DNA of 64,000 bases from Actinomycetota bacterium (GCA_040882605.1 JBBEAY010000017.1:96150-160149), one strand, 5' to 3'; numbered from the stretch's first letter, positions 9,378-19,354 are shown. Translations and numbers: made by a program. Notes: generated from the sequence alone by a model not told the origin.

Positions 9378-10013
9378 CTAGGACGACGCCGCGGGTTCCA
9401 GTTCGAAGCCGATCAGGTTCGCGGAGACTTCCTGGCACATGCGCTGCATGTGTTCGGGGCCGACCTGCGCGTCGTTCATGAGCACTTGGATCGCGAGGCC
9501 GTCGATCAGCGCGCCGAGCTTCATGCCGATCTCGTCTGCGTCCTCACCGTCGTCGAACTCGCCGGTGGAGCGCCCGTGCCGCACGATGTCGGCGATCGAC
9601 TGACGCCAGCGGCGCTCGAGCACCTCGCGTTCCTTCGCGAGCGCCGGGTCACGCAGGGCGCGTACCCAGATCTCGACCCACAGCGCCCATTCCTCGAGAC
9701 GCTCGAAGTCGGGTAGGAGCCCGGGCACCGACAGGTCGATCAGTCGAGAGAGCTGATCGCGGGCAGAGTCTAGCCGGCGCAGGTCGCGCGCCTGCGCGAG
9801 GTAGTACTTGTCGTTGGCGTAGGTCAGCGCCTCGACGAGCAGCCGGTCCTTCGACTCGAAGTAGTAAAGGATCAGCCCGGGGGAGACGCCGCACTGCTCG
9901 GCGATATCCTGGATGCGGGTCTCGGCGAGCCCGCGATCGGTGATGACGCGCGCGGCAGCCTCCAGGATCTCCTGGTGGCGGTCCCTGCCGTTCTTCTGTC
10001 GTACGCGAGCCAA
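9378..10013 (-). CDS. TetR-family transcriptional regulator
   Basis: Track ORF 9378..10250 trimmed to a TTG at 10013 preceded by GGAGG + 5 nt. HTH RIQDIAEQCGVSPGLILYYFESKDRLL. Divergent from the oxidoreductase operon. Confidence 0.8.
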   Translation of the reverse strand: MARVRQKNGRDRHQEILEAAARVITDRGLAETRIQDIAEQCGVSPGLILYYFESKDRLLVEALTYANDKYYLAQARDLRRLDSARDQLSRLIDLSVPGLLPDFERLEEWALWVEIWVRALRDPALAKEREVLERRWRQSIADIVRHGRSTGEFDDGEDADEIGMKLGALIDGLAIQVLMNDAQVGPEHMQRMCQEVSANLIGFELEPAASS

Positions 10014-10236
10014 GTGAGCCTCCGTCGGCCTGAACGCCGTACAGCCGAAGGCCGCGGGCGCTCGTTCCTTGTATGAGCGTTCAGGCCACTGTACCGGCAT
10101 GACCTGCGAAGTCAAAACTCGCGAAGGCCGTACCCGAGTTGACTGGTGATTCAAACTCAGGCCATACTGCCCGGGTTCAGGCACGCTCACTGGCCAAGAA
10201 GAGGCCAGAGAAGAAAAGGAAAGGACGAACAGGGCC

Positions 10237-11856
10237 ATGGCTTCGAACACCTACGACGCGATCGTCATCGGCGGCGGTCACAACGGACTTACGAGCGGCG
10301 CTTACTTCGCTCGCCACGGCGCTCGCACGGTGGTGCTCGAGGGCCGCAACAAGACCGGCGGCGCCGCCGACACGAGCGCGCCGTTCGCCGACCACCCGGA
10401 GATCAGCGTCACGACCTACAGCTACGTGATGTCGCTGATGCCGCCGACGATCATCCGTGAGCTGAACCTGAAGCGCCACGGCTACGACGTCACCCCGTTC
10501 GGCCCGTACTTCCAGGCCTTCCCCGACGGTCGCGCGATCACCGTGTACGCCGACGACGCGAAGAAGAGCTACGACTCGATCGCGCAGTTCTCGAAGAAGG
10601 ACGCTGACACGCTTCCGAAGTGGGAAGCCTGGATGAAGGGCGTCAGCGACGTGCTCGGTCCCCTGCTGCTCAGCGTGCCGCCGCACGTGGGCTCGACGAA
10701 GCTCGGCGATCTGATCCCGCAGATGCAGACCGCGTGGAACATGCGCAAGCTCGGCCAGCGCGGTGTGGCCGATGTGACGCGCCTGTTCTCGATGAGCGTG
10801 ACCGACCTCCTAAACGACTGGTTCGAGTCCGATGCGATCAAGGCGATGCTCTCGGTCAACGGCGTGATCGGCACATGGGCCGGCCCCGACGAGCCCGGCA
10901 CCGCCTACGTGATGCTGCATCACTCGATCGGCGATGTCGGCGACGGCCACCTCGGAAGCTGGGGCTTCCAGCAGGGCGGCATGGGCGCGGTGAGCGATTC
11001 GATCCGCGGTAGCGCGGAGTCGTTCGGCTGTGAGATCCGTACCGAGGCCAAGGTCACGAAGATCCTGACCCGTGGCGGCCGAGCTGTGGGCGTCGCGCTC
11101 GACAACGGCGACGAGCTTCGCGCCCCCGTGGTCGTGAGCTGCGTGCATCCAAAGATCGGCTTCCTCGACCTGCTCGATCGCAACGAGCTTCCCGCGGATT
11201 TCGTCTGGGACATCGAACGCTGGAAGACCCGCTCGGGCACCGTGAAGATCAACGTCGCGATCAGTGAGCTCCCCGACTTCACCTCGATACCGGGCACCGA
11301 TCAGCAAGACCACCACACCGGCGCGGTCGAGCTGTGCCTCTCGCCGCAGTATGCGGAGCGGGCGTTCCAGGATGCGCACATCGAACGCAAGCCGGCGACC
11401 GCGCCATTCGTCGACGGCACGATCCCGACGACCCTCGACCGAAAGCTTGCGCCCGAGGGCGTGCACGTGTTCTCGATGTTCACGCAGTGGGTGCCCGAGG
11501 ACTTCGTGGACGAGCCGCATCGCGAGGAGCTCGACGCATACGCGCAGCGCATCTTCGACGGCTACAACGACCTTGCGCCGAACTTCAAGAGCTCGATCAT
11601 CGACTACCAGGTGATCGGCCCCTACGACATGGAGCAGGATCTCGGCCTGATCGGCGGGAACATCTTCCACGGGGAGCTAAGCGTCGATCAGCTGTTCCAC
11701 ATGCGGCCCGCGCCCGGGTACGCCGACTTCCGCACGCCGATCAAGGGTCTGTACCACGGCTCGTGCGCCACGCACGGCGGTGGCGGCGTGAACGGCATCC
11801 CCGGCTGGCAGGCGTACAAGGCGGCCGTGAAGGACAAGGCCCTCCCCAAGAGATAG
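10237..11856 (+). CDS. NAD(P)/FAD-dependent oxidoreductase, phytoene-desaturase (CrtI-like) family
   Basis: 539-aa track ORF. YDAIVIGGGHNGLTSGAYFARHG dinucleotide fold. Length and C-terminal GGGVNGIPG are typical of the family. Confidence 0.8.
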   Translation: MASNTYDAIVIGGGHNGLTSGAYFARHGARTVVLEGRNKTGGAADTSAPFADHPEISVTTYSYVMSLMPPTIIRELNLKRHGYDVTPFGPYFQAFPDGRAITVYADDAKKSYDSIAQFSKKDADTLPKWEAWMKGVSDVLGPLLLSVPPHVGSTKLGDLIPQMQTAWNMRKLGQRGVADVTRLFSMSVTDLLNDWFESDAIKAMLSVNGVIGTWAGPDEPGTAYVMLHHSIGDVGDGHLGSWGFQQGGMGAVSDSIRGSAESFGCEIRTEAKVTKILTRGGRAVGVALDNGDELRAPVVVSCVHPKIGFLDLLDRNELPADFVWDIERWKTRSGTVKINVAISELPDFTSIPGTDQQDHHTGAVELCLSPQYAERAFQDAHIERKPATAPFVDGTIPTTLDRKLAPEGVHVFSMFTQWVPEDFVDEPHREELDAYAQRIFDGYNDLAPNFKSSIIDYQVIGPYDMEQDLGLIGGNIFHGELSVDQLFHMRPAPGYADFRTPIKGLYHGSCATHGGGGVNGIPGWQAYKAAVKDKALPKR

Positions 11857-13980
11857 GTGGCCGTCTCTGCCGATCGCTCCGCGATGAGGCCGAGCCTCGA
11901 GCCGATGCTCGAGGCTCGGTCCGTTGCGGTCGTGGGCGCCTCGGTGAAGGAAGGCTCGCTCGGCCGGGCGATGATCGAGGAGCTGCAGCGCGGCGGCTAC
12001 GAGGGCTCGATCTATCCGGTGAACCCGGGCTACGACGAGGTGCTGGGGCTCGCGTGCTACCCGTCGGTCGCGGAGACGCCCGGCGACGGTGTGGACTTGG
12101 CGATCTTGGGAGTGGCGAACCGGCGCATCGAGCAGGCTGGGCGCGATGCCGTCGCCGCGGGCGCGCGATCGCTTGTGACGTTCTCGTCGCTCTACGAGGA
12201 TCCGGTCTCGGGCGTCGCGCCGTTGCCCGAGCGGGTCGCCGCGATCGCGCGCGACGCGGGCGTGCCCTTGTGCGGCGGCAACGGAATGGGTTTCTGCCAC
12301 GAGACGTTCAAGCTGCGCGCGACCGGGTTCCCGACGCCCGATCATATGCGGCATGGTCCGGTGACCTTCATCTCGCACTCGGGATCCGCCTTCGCGGCGC
12401 TCGCCTTCAACGACCGAGGCATCGGATTCAACCTGCTGGTCTCGAGCGGGCACGAACTCGGGGCCACGATGGACGACTACATGGCGTATGCCCTCGAGCG
12501 TGAGGAAACGCGCGTGCTCGCGGTCCTGCTGGAGACCGTTCGCGATCCGCGGGGGTTCCGGGCGCAGCTCGCGCGAGCGCTCGACCTCGACGTGCCGGTG
12601 ATCGCCCTCAAGGTCGGGCGCACCGAAGGATCGAAGGCGATGGTGACCGCGCACTCGGGCGCGCTCGCCGGAGAGCACGGTGCATACGAGGCGCTGTTCG
12701 ACGATTGCGGTGTGCACGAGGTGCTCACGCTCGAGGAGATGGCCGACGCGATGGAGCTGTTCTCGTCACCGAGGCGAGTGGGCGGCACCGCACGGGGCAT
12801 CGCGAGCGTGCACGACTCCGGAGGCGAGCGCGCCCTCTTCGTCGACCGGGCGCACGACCTGGGCGTGCCGCTCGCGGCGGTGACGACCGAGACCTTGTCG
12901 AAGATCGCCGACACGCTCGACCCCGGACTCGAGGCGGCGAACCCGCTCGACGCGTGGGGTACGGGCATCGACGCCGATCGCATCTTCCGGGAATCCTTCC
13001 TCGCGTTGCACGACGATCCCGACACGGCCGTCATGGCCTTCGTGGTCGACCTCACGCGCCAGGGCGAGCCCTACGACGAGGGCTACCTGCAGATCGCGCG
13101 CGATGTGTGGAGCGCGACCACGAAGCCGTTCTGTGTGCTCTCGAACCTCGCGAGTGCGATCGCGATCGACGAAGCCGCCCAGCTCCGCGACCGCGGGATC
13201 CCGGTGCTCGAGGGCACATCGTCAGGACTCGTCGCGCTGCGGGCGCTGATCGCTCACCGAGACGTGGGAGTTCGCACCGAGAACGTGCCTTTCGTTGCAG
13301 CGCCAGACAACGTGCGCGCGCGCTGGCGCGATCGGCTCTCGAAAGGCGACGAGATCGGCGAGCTCGAAGGTCTCGCGTTGCTCGCCGACTACGGTGTTCC
13401 GGTTGTCGAGGCGCGCACGGCCTCGAGCGTCGGCGAGGCGGTTGCGGCGGCCACCGCGATCGGGTTCCCGGTCGTGCTTAAGACCGCGGCCGCCGGGGTG
13501 CAGCACAAGTCCGATGTCGGCGGCGTGCGGCTCGGGCTTGCCGACGCCGATGCCGTGCGACAGGCCTACGACGAGGTGACCTCGAGCCTCGGTTCACAGG
13601 TCGCCGTCGGCGCGATGGCGCCCGACGGTGTGGAAGTCGCGCTCGGCCTCGTGAACGACCCGACCTTCGGCCCACTGGTGCTGGTGGCCGCCGGCGGGGT
13701 GCTCGTCGAACTCTTGCACGATCGCGCGCTCGCGTTCCCGCCGCTCGATGAAGCCCGTGCGCGGCGACTGGTCGACCGTCTGCAGATGCGGCCGCTGCTC
13801 GACGGCGTGCGCGGCGCCCCGGCTGCCGATGTCGACTCGCTCGTACATGGCGTTTCGCGGCTCTCGGTGCTCGCCGCCGACCTCGGCGATCTCATCGCTG
13901 CGCTCGACGTGAACCCGGTGATCGTCTCGCACGAGGGCTGCGTTGCGGTCGACGCGTTGGTGATCCCCCGTCGAAGTTGA
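11857..13980 (+). CDS. ADP-forming acyl/acetyl-CoA synthetase (CoA-binding + succinyl-CoA-ligase-like + ATP-grasp)
   Basis: 707-aa track ORF starting immediately after the previous stop. SVAVVGASVKEGSLG CoA-binding start. C-terminal ATP-grasp (GFPVVLKTAAAGVQHKSDVGGVRLGL). Confidence 0.8.
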   Translation: MAVSADRSAMRPSLEPMLEARSVAVVGASVKEGSLGRAMIEELQRGGYEGSIYPVNPGYDEVLGLACYPSVAETPGDGVDLAILGVANRRIEQAGRDAVAAGARSLVTFSSLYEDPVSGVAPLPERVAAIARDAGVPLCGGNGMGFCHETFKLRATGFPTPDHMRHGPVTFISHSGSAFAALAFNDRGIGFNLLVSSGHELGATMDDYMAYALEREETRVLAVLLETVRDPRGFRAQLARALDLDVPVIALKVGRTEGSKAMVTAHSGALAGEHGAYEALFDDCGVHEVLTLEEMADAMELFSSPRRVGGTARGIASVHDSGGERALFVDRAHDLGVPLAAVTTETLSKIADTLDPGLEAANPLDAWGTGIDADRIFRESFLALHDDPDTAVMAFVVDLTRQGEPYDEGYLQIARDVWSATTKPFCVLSNLASAIAIDEAAQLRDRGIPVLEGTSSGLVALRALIAHRDVGVRTENVPFVAAPDNVRARWRDRLSKGDEIGELEGLALLADYGVPVVEARTASSVGEAVAAATAIGFPVVLKTAAAGVQHKSDVGGVRLGLADADAVRQAYDEVTSSLGSQVAVGAMAPDGVEVALGLVNDPTFGPLVLVAAGGVLVELLHDRALAFPPLDEARARRLVDRLQMRPLLDGVRGAPAADVDSLVHGVSRLSVLAADLGDLIAALDVNPVIVSHEGCVAVDALVIPRRS

Positions 13981-13992
13981 GCGGCCTACCGA

Positions 13993-14967
13993 TCACGCGA
14001 AGCGGATCAAGACTTTCCCGGACTTCCCCGATGCGGCCAGCCGGTCGAATGCGTCGTGCACCTCATCGACTTCGAACACGGAGTCGATCGATGGCTCGAC
14101 ACGACCGTCGGCCAGCATCGGGACCACCTCGTCGGCGAACCTCGAAACGGCGCGAGCCTTCTCGGCGATGGACCGTGCCCGTAGCACCGTGCCCCGCACG
14201 GTCGCACGTCGAACCATGAGCTGCAGCAGGTCCAATTCGGCTCTCGTGCCGGAAGCCACGCTGACCACGACGATGCGCCCTCGGATCGCCAGCATCGCCA
14301 GGTCACCGGGAAGGTTCGACGACCCGACGAGCTCGAGCACGAGATCGACGCCTCGCCCGGCGGTAAGCTCCATGACTGCGGTTCCCACATCGGGCGAGTG
14401 GATCGGCTCTGCGCCGAGTGCCCGAACGGTCTCGGCAGCATCATCGCTCCTGACGACTCCGATGGCGCGGGCACCGAGAACACGAGCGATCTGCACCGCT
14501 GCGGTGCCGACGGCTCCTGAGGCTCCCTGCACGAGGACGGTCTCGTCACCGCGAAGCTCCCCCTGGGTCCTAAGGGCGTCGTGCGCGGTGATGAAGACCT
14601 CCGGAACTGCTGCGGCTTCCTCGTCTGACAACCGGTCGGGAACGCGTGTGACGCACCGTTCGTGAACCGCAACCCGGGTGGCCAGGCCGCCACCGGCGAC
14701 CAGTCCGAAGACGCGGTCACCGGTCGACCATTCCGAGACGTCGCGGCCGATCGCCGTCACCGTGCCTGATACTTCGAGGCCAGCGACATCGGGAACGACG
14801 CCGAGCGGCGGAGGGTAGCGTCCCGCCCGCTGTTGTAGGTCGGCAGGGTTCAAGCCGGCCAGGGCGACATCGACGAGCACCTCGGTAGATGCGGGCTGAA
14901 CGTCGGTGCGCTCCTCGATGCGCACGACCTCGTTCCCGCCGGTGCTCGCGAACGCCACCACCATCAT
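13993..14967 (-). CDS. NADPH:quinone oxidoreductase / zeta-crystallin-type MDR
   Basis: Track ORF 13993..15081 trimmed to MMVVAFAS. LNPADLQQRAGRYPPP and VLVQGASGAVGTAAVQIA motifs. Confidence 0.8.
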   Translation of the reverse strand: MMVVAFASTGGNEVVRIEERTDVQPASTEVLVDVALAGLNPADLQQRAGRYPPPLGVVPDVAGLEVSGTVTAIGRDVSEWSTGDRVFGLVAGGGLATRVAVHERCVTRVPDRLSDEEAAAVPEVFITAHDALRTQGELRGDETVLVQGASGAVGTAAVQIARVLGARAIGVVRSDDAAETVRALGAEPIHSPDVGTAVMELTAGRGVDLVLELVGSSNLPGDLAMLAIRGRIVVVSVASGTRAELDLLQLMVRRATVRGTVLRARSIAEKARAVSRFADEVVPMLADGRVEPSIDSVFEVDEVHDAFDRLAASGKSGKVLIRFA

Positions 14968-15113
14968 GGTCTGGCGACGAAACGGTGAAGGCATCGCATG
15001 GGCCGAGGGTAGCCGACGACGCTGCGCCTGGAGGTTTGGCGCTCGTCGATGACGGGAACGCATCTGCTCGCTGGCGCGCACGGGGCGCGTCGTTCGATGG
15101 GGAGGGATCTCAT

Positions 15114-15437
15114 ATGGTTGGCATGCTGGCGTTCCTCGCGCAGGCGGGGGAGAACAACAACGGGGATGGCGTCGATGTCACGTCGATCCTGGGCTACATC
15201 GTGGTAGGCGCGATCGTGGGGGTGCTCGCGAGGTTCTTGGTCCCGGGCGACGACCCGATGGGCATCATCGGCACGATCCTGTTGGGCATCGTGGGCGCTG
15301 TGATCGGTGGGTGGCTCGCCGGTGAGGTCTTCAAAGACACGAGCGGCGTCGACTGGATCGCATCGATCGTCGTCGCCGTGATCCTGGTAATCGGCTACCG
15401 TGCGATCGCGGGGAACCGTGGCCGCGTGAACAGCTGA
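15114..15437 (+). CDS. GlsB/YeaQ/YmgE-family small membrane protein
   Basis: Track ORF 14889..15437 trimmed to MVGMLAF after GGAGGG. GYIVVGAIVGVLARFLVPG...GIIGTILLGIVGAVIGGWL repeats are typical of the family. Confidence 0.75.
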   Translation: MVGMLAFLAQAGENNNGDGVDVTSILGYIVVGAIVGVLARFLVPGDDPMGIIGTILLGIVGAVIGGWLAGEVFKDTSGVDWIASIVVAVILVIGYRAIAGNRGRVNS

Positions 15438-15468
15438 CCTACCGATACGTCGCACCATCACCGTGAAC

Positions 15469-15492
15469 GGGCCGGGGGTTCGCCCCCGGCCC
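15469..15492 (+). terminator. GC-rich hairpin GGGCCGGGGG-ttcg-CCCCCGGCCC
   Basis: Perfect 10-bp stem with 4-nt loop, 32 nt after the stop at 15437. No U-tract (I-shaped type). Confidence 0.5.
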
Positions 15493-15533
15493 GGTGCGCG
15501 TTCGCGATCCGCGGGCGCAGTAGCCTGCGGTTC

Positions 15534-16050
15534 GTGACCTCTGACACCGCTGGCACCCCCGAGACCTCTGGGACCTCCGGCACCGAGCTGTGCTTCCTGC
15601 CGGCGACCCAGCTGGCTGGCCTCCTGCGATCGGGGGAGCTCTCGGCTCGCGAGTCATGGCCGCACACCTCGCACGCGTCGAAGCGACAGACCCGACGGTG
15701 AGCGCCATCGTGACTCTCGTCGCCGATCGCGCAACCGAAGCGGCCGAGCGAGCCGACGACTCGCTCGCTCGCGGCGACGCGGTCGGCCCGCTGCACGGCC
15801 TGCCCATCGCGCACAAGGATCTGGTCGCCACCGCCGGCATCCGCACGACGGGTGGCTCGCCCATCTTCACCGACACGGTGCCCGTCGCCGACGACTGCTG
15901 GTCAAGCGCGCACGAGCCGCCGGTGCCATCGTGATCGGCAAGACGAACACCTGAGTTCGGGTTCGTAGACGTTCAACCCGATCTTCGGGCGGACCTTGAA
16001 CCCGTACGACCTGACGAAAACCTGTGGCGGCTCTTCGGGCGTGGCGACGA
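15534..16050 (+). pseudogene. Amidase-signature (GatA-like) amidase remnant, multiply frameshifted and 3'-truncated
   Basis: VTSDTAGTPETSGTSGTELCFLPATQLAGLLRSGELSARE | VMAAHLARVEATDP...LHGLPIAHKDLVATAGIRTTGGSPIFTDTVPVADD | LLVKRARAAGAIVIGKTNT* | TFNPIFGRTLNPYDLTKTCGGSSG lie in different frames. Nothing follows the GGSSG signature, so about 300 aa are missing. Confidence 0.8.
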
Positions 16051-16154
16051 CCTCGGCGTGTTGCGACTCGCGCACGCGTTCGAGCAGGCAACGAGGGTCG
16101 GCGAACGACGCCCGTAGACTCCGGTTCCATGCCCTTGTCGTTCAACGAGATCCG

Positions 16155-17324
16155 ATGAAGCACGCCGTGGACCTCGAGCGGCTCCGTCTGGGTCGGCTCG
16201 AGCGCTTGCAGGGGGCGATGCACGACCACGACGTCGAGGTGCTCCTGCTCGCGAACGAGCCGAACGTGCGATACGCGGCCGGCGCCACCGCGATGCCGGT
16301 CTACGCCATGAGCACCTTCGCGCGATGTGCGGTCGTGCCGCAGCAGGGCACGCCGATCCTGTTCGAGCATGCGAACTCGGTGCACCGATCGAAGCTGCGA
16401 GCCCCCGACGTCCGCCCGATGCACGCGTGGGAGTTCTACGACGACCCGGCCTCGCAGGCGGCGATCTGGGCCGACGAAACGCTCGCCGCCGTGCGCGAGC
16501 TCGGCGCGAGCGGTGAGCACATCGCCGTCGACCGCCTCGGCACACCGGCGTTCCTCGCGCTCGTCGAACGAGAAGTGCGACTGCTCGACTCGGCGCCTGT
16601 CACCCAGCAGGCGCGGCTGGTGAAGACTTCCGAGGAGATCGAGCTTTTCGACCTCAACGCCGCCTTGATCATGGAGATGCTCACAGAGTTCGAGGCCGCG
16701 ATCGCGCCCGGCGTCACAGAACGTGAGCTGCTCGGCGTGCTCTCCGACGTGATGGTCCGCGGCGGCGGCGAGTATCTGGCGACGACCACGGTGTGTTCCG
16801 GTCCGAACACGAATCCGTGGCGGGCCGAGACGACCGACCGGCGTCTCGAGGAACGTGATCTCGTCTTCGTCGACACCGACACAGTGGGTCTCGAGGGATG
16901 CTTCTTCTGTGTGTCGCGAACGTTCCCGGTGGGCGAGGGTGAGCCGACCGCCGAGCAGCGTGCGTTGTATCGCGAGTCGTTCGAGTGGCTCGCTGAGATG
17001 AAGGCCCTGGTGCGCCCGGGCATCACGTGCGGTGAGCTCGCGACGAAAGCGCCGCCGTTCCCGGCCCGATTCGCGGCGCAGCGTTACGAATGCTTCTTCC
17101 ACGGCATCGGGCTCGAAGAGGAGAACCCGAGCCTGTGCCACCCCGATGACGTGCAGCCCAATCCCGACACCGTGCTCGAAGAGGGTGCCGCGCTCGTGGT
17201 CGAGCTGTACGCCGGCGAGGTCGGCGCGCGAGACGGCCTGAAGCTCGGCGACGAGCTGCTCGTCACCGCCGACGGGCACCGGGTGTTCGCGCCCTACCCG
17301 TTCTCCAAGCGGCTGCTCGGCTGA
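16155..17324 (+). CDS. M24-family metallopeptidase (Xaa-Pro dipeptidase/creatinase-like)
   Basis: Track ORF 15996..17324 trimmed to MKHAVDLERLRLGRLERLQ. Creatinase/prolidase N-domain, then a pita-bread fold (FVDTDTVGLEGCFFCVSRTF, FHGIGLEEENP, LVVELYAGE). Confidence 0.8.
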   Translation: MKHAVDLERLRLGRLERLQGAMHDHDVEVLLLANEPNVRYAAGATAMPVYAMSTFARCAVVPQQGTPILFEHANSVHRSKLRAPDVRPMHAWEFYDDPASQAAIWADETLAAVRELGASGEHIAVDRLGTPAFLALVEREVRLLDSAPVTQQARLVKTSEEIELFDLNAALIMEMLTEFEAAIAPGVTERELLGVLSDVMVRGGGEYLATTTVCSGPNTNPWRAETTDRRLEERDLVFVDTDTVGLEGCFFCVSRTFPVGEGEPTAEQRALYRESFEWLAEMKALVRPGITCGELATKAPPFPARFAAQRYECFFHGIGLEEENPSLCHPDDVQPNPDTVLEEGAALVVELYAGEVGARDGLKLGDELLVTADGHRVFAPYPFSKRLLG

Positions 17325-17464
17325 GCCGGGCGGGGGCAACGAGCCGCGCTCGGCGGTCGAATCGAGTCGTGACCAACGGTCACGCGAGCCGTGGGGCAGA
17401 GGGATCGATGCATGGCGAGCGAGCCCGAAGGGTAGGGCGATGGTGACCGACGAGAGGGTGACGC

Positions 17465-17821
17465 ATGAACGCATCGAACGCATCGGTAGACGGCGAACCG
17501 GCGGCAACCGCGGCACCGACGCTCCGCGGGGACTCCCCGGCCCCTGACGGCGACGGGCCCATCCGTCTGCTCGATGGACCGCGGCACGTGACCCACGAGG
17601 ATCGGAGCGAGCTTCCCGGACATCACGAGGCGACGTTCGCCACCACAGACGGTGAGCGGCTCGATCGGTATCTGACCGACAAGGGAAGGGCCGAGCTCCT
17701 GCGTTTGGTCGACGCGGGACAGCACGCATTCACGCGCGAGGAGTTGGAATGGCTCACAACCGAGCCCACCATCGAGGCCCTGATGGTGAGCATGGCCGGA
17801 GAAGGGGCCGAAGGAGGCTGA
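17465..17821 (+). CDS. Hypothetical protein (118 aa), first gene of the acidic-repeat/oxygenase operon
   Basis: Track ORF with a GAGAGGG SD-like box upstream. No recognisable domain. Same strand and 60-76 nt upstream of the next gene, depending on which start is used. Confidence 0.5.
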   Translation: MNASNASVDGEPAATAAPTLRGDSPAPDGDGPIRLLDGPRHVTHEDRSELPGHHEATFATTDGERLDRYLTDKGRAELLRLVDAGQHAFTREELEWLTTEPTIEALMVSMAGEGAEGG

Positions 17822-17897
17822 GGGCAACGAGATGTGATCGAGGTCGCTAGTAGCATCACTGACACCGAAAGCGATCGAGGCGATGAGGGAGGACACC

Positions 17898-18143
17898 ATG
17901 GACGAGACCACGAGCGGCGAGCTGCGCGATGAGGACATGAAGACCGAGATGCCGGGGGCAACCGGATCGACGGAGACAGGCCCCCGCGACGCCGATGGTA
18001 CCGACGCCGATGGCACCGACGGCGACGCGACGGACGGCACGGACGCCGACGGCACGGACGCCGATGGCACCGACGGTGATGCGACCGACACCACCGACGG
18101 AGATGGCACCGACGCCGACGGGACCGACACGCCCAACTCGTGA
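17898..18143 (+). CDS. Small acidic Asp/Gly/Thr pentapeptide-repeat protein (81 aa; alternative ATG at 17883 gives 86 aa)
   Basis: GAGGGAGG + 5 nt before the ATG at 17898. Sequence ...DADGTDADGTDGDATDGTDADGTDADGTDGDATDTTDGDGTDADGTD. The stop overlaps the GTG of the next gene (GTGA at 18140-18143). Confidence 0.6.
   Translation: MDETTSGELRDEDMKTEMPGATGSTETGPRDADGTDADGTDGDATDGTDADGTDADGTDGDATDTTDGDGTDADGTDTPNS
17988..18127 (+). repeat. 15-bp (pentapeptide DADGT/DGDAT) tandem repeat with a 54-bp higher-order unit repeated twice
   Basis: GACGCCGATGG(T/C)ACC-type units read directly. Block DADGT-DADGT-DGDAT-DGT is followed by DADGT-DADGT-DGDAT-DTT. Confidence 0.85.
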
Positions 18144-19354
18144 CGGTCGCGACGCTCGCTCCCGAGCAAGCCGAGATGGGAGCGCTCGCCCGGTGTGCCG
18201 GTGACGTCGGCCGTTTCCTGGCCGATGACTGGGCACGCCGGGCGAGCATCCAGCGGGGCGTTGGGCCCGGTGGGTTCGCCGACCTGCTCACGCTCGACGA
18301 GGTCGACCGATTCCTGACGACGACCGCGCTCCGCACGCCCTTCTTCCGCCTTGTGCAGGCAGGCGAGCGCATCCCCGAGTCGGCGTACACGCGATCGGGC
18401 CGTGCAGGCTCGCGCGACGTCCCCGGTATCGCCGACGCTCATGCCGTCGCCTCGTTGTTCGAGCGCGGCGCCACGATCGTGCTGCAGGGATTGCACCGAT
18501 GGTCCGAGCCGGTGACGAGGTTCAACCGCAGCCTCGAGCTCGAGTTGGGTCATGCCTGCCAAGTGAACGCGTACATCACCCCGGCCGGCGCGCAGGGACT
18601 CGAGCTGCATCACGACCCGCACGACGTGTTCGTCTTGCAGGCGTTCGGGCGCAAACGATGGGAAGTGCACGCGGCCCCGACCGAACACGATCGCCCGCCC
18701 CTCGACGTCGAGGTGGCGCCAGGCGACACGATCTACATGCCGGCGGGAACCCCGCATGCGGCTTCGGCGCAGAAGACGGTCTCTGGTCATCTCACCGTGG
18801 GCGTGCACGTGACGAGGTGGCGCGGCGTGCTCACCAGCGCCTGGACGTCCTCGGTCGACGACCCTTCACTCGACGATCCACTGCCCGCCGGGTGGTTGCG
18901 CGATCGGTCCGGGCTCGCTGGCGAGCTTTCGCGCCGCGTGCGGGCGGCGACCGAACGCATGCTCGTGGCCGACGCCGGCGAGATCGTCGCCGATCGGGCC
19001 GACCGGTTCCTGTCGGTGCGGGCCCAGATCGCGCGCGGCTCGATCGCCGAACGCGCACAGGCGGCCGAAGTCGATGACGCCACCGTGCTCACGCGCCGCC
19101 AGGGTTCCTTCTGCGAGATCCGTTGCCGCAACGAGGCGCTCGTCGTGCTGCTCGGCGATCGACGGCTCCGCCTGCCGGCCTGGCTCGAGCCCGCGATGCG
19201 GCGCGTCGCCGCGCGCGATTCATTCCGCGTCGGTGAGCTCGACGATCTCGTTCCGGATGCCGCGAGCCGCGTGGTGTTGGCACGGCGGCTCATGCGCGAA
19301 GGCTTGCTGACGGCGACGGCGCCGGACCCCAACGATGGCTCCGACCGTCGGTGA
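18140..19354 (+). CDS. Cupin-4/JmjC-type 2-oxoglutarate oxygenase, YcfD/ribosomal-oxygenase-like
   Basis: 404-aa track ORF. LELHHDPHDVFVLQAFGRKRWEV (HxD) and GDTIYMPAGTPHAA (distal His) match the YcfD/ROX facial triad layout. Confidence 0.75.
   Translation: MTVATLAPEQAEMGALARCAGDVGRFLADDWARRASIQRGVGPGGFADLLTLDEVDRFLTTTALRTPFFRLVQAGERIPESAYTRSGRAGSRDVPGIADAHAVASLFERGATIVLQGLHRWSEPVTRFNRSLELELGHACQVNAYITPAGAQGLELHHDPHDVFVLQAFGRKRWEVHAAPTEHDRPPLDVEVAPGDTIYMPAGTPHAASAQKTVSGHLTVGVHVTRWRGVLTSAWTSSVDDPSLDDPLPAGWLRDRSGLAGELSRRVRAATERMLVADAGEIVADRADRFLSVRAQIARGSIAERAQAAEVDDATVLTRRQGSFCEIRCRNEALVVLLGDRRLRLPAWLEPAMRRVAARDSFRVGELDDLVPDAASRVVLARRLMREGLLTATAPDPNDGSDRR

Noticed and set aside
17294-18808. 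504-aa minus ORF containing SASVPSASVPS repeats.
   Set aside because: The repeats are simply the reverse complement of the DADGT coding repeat. The ORF spans four plus-strand genes that have SDs and start/stop overlaps.
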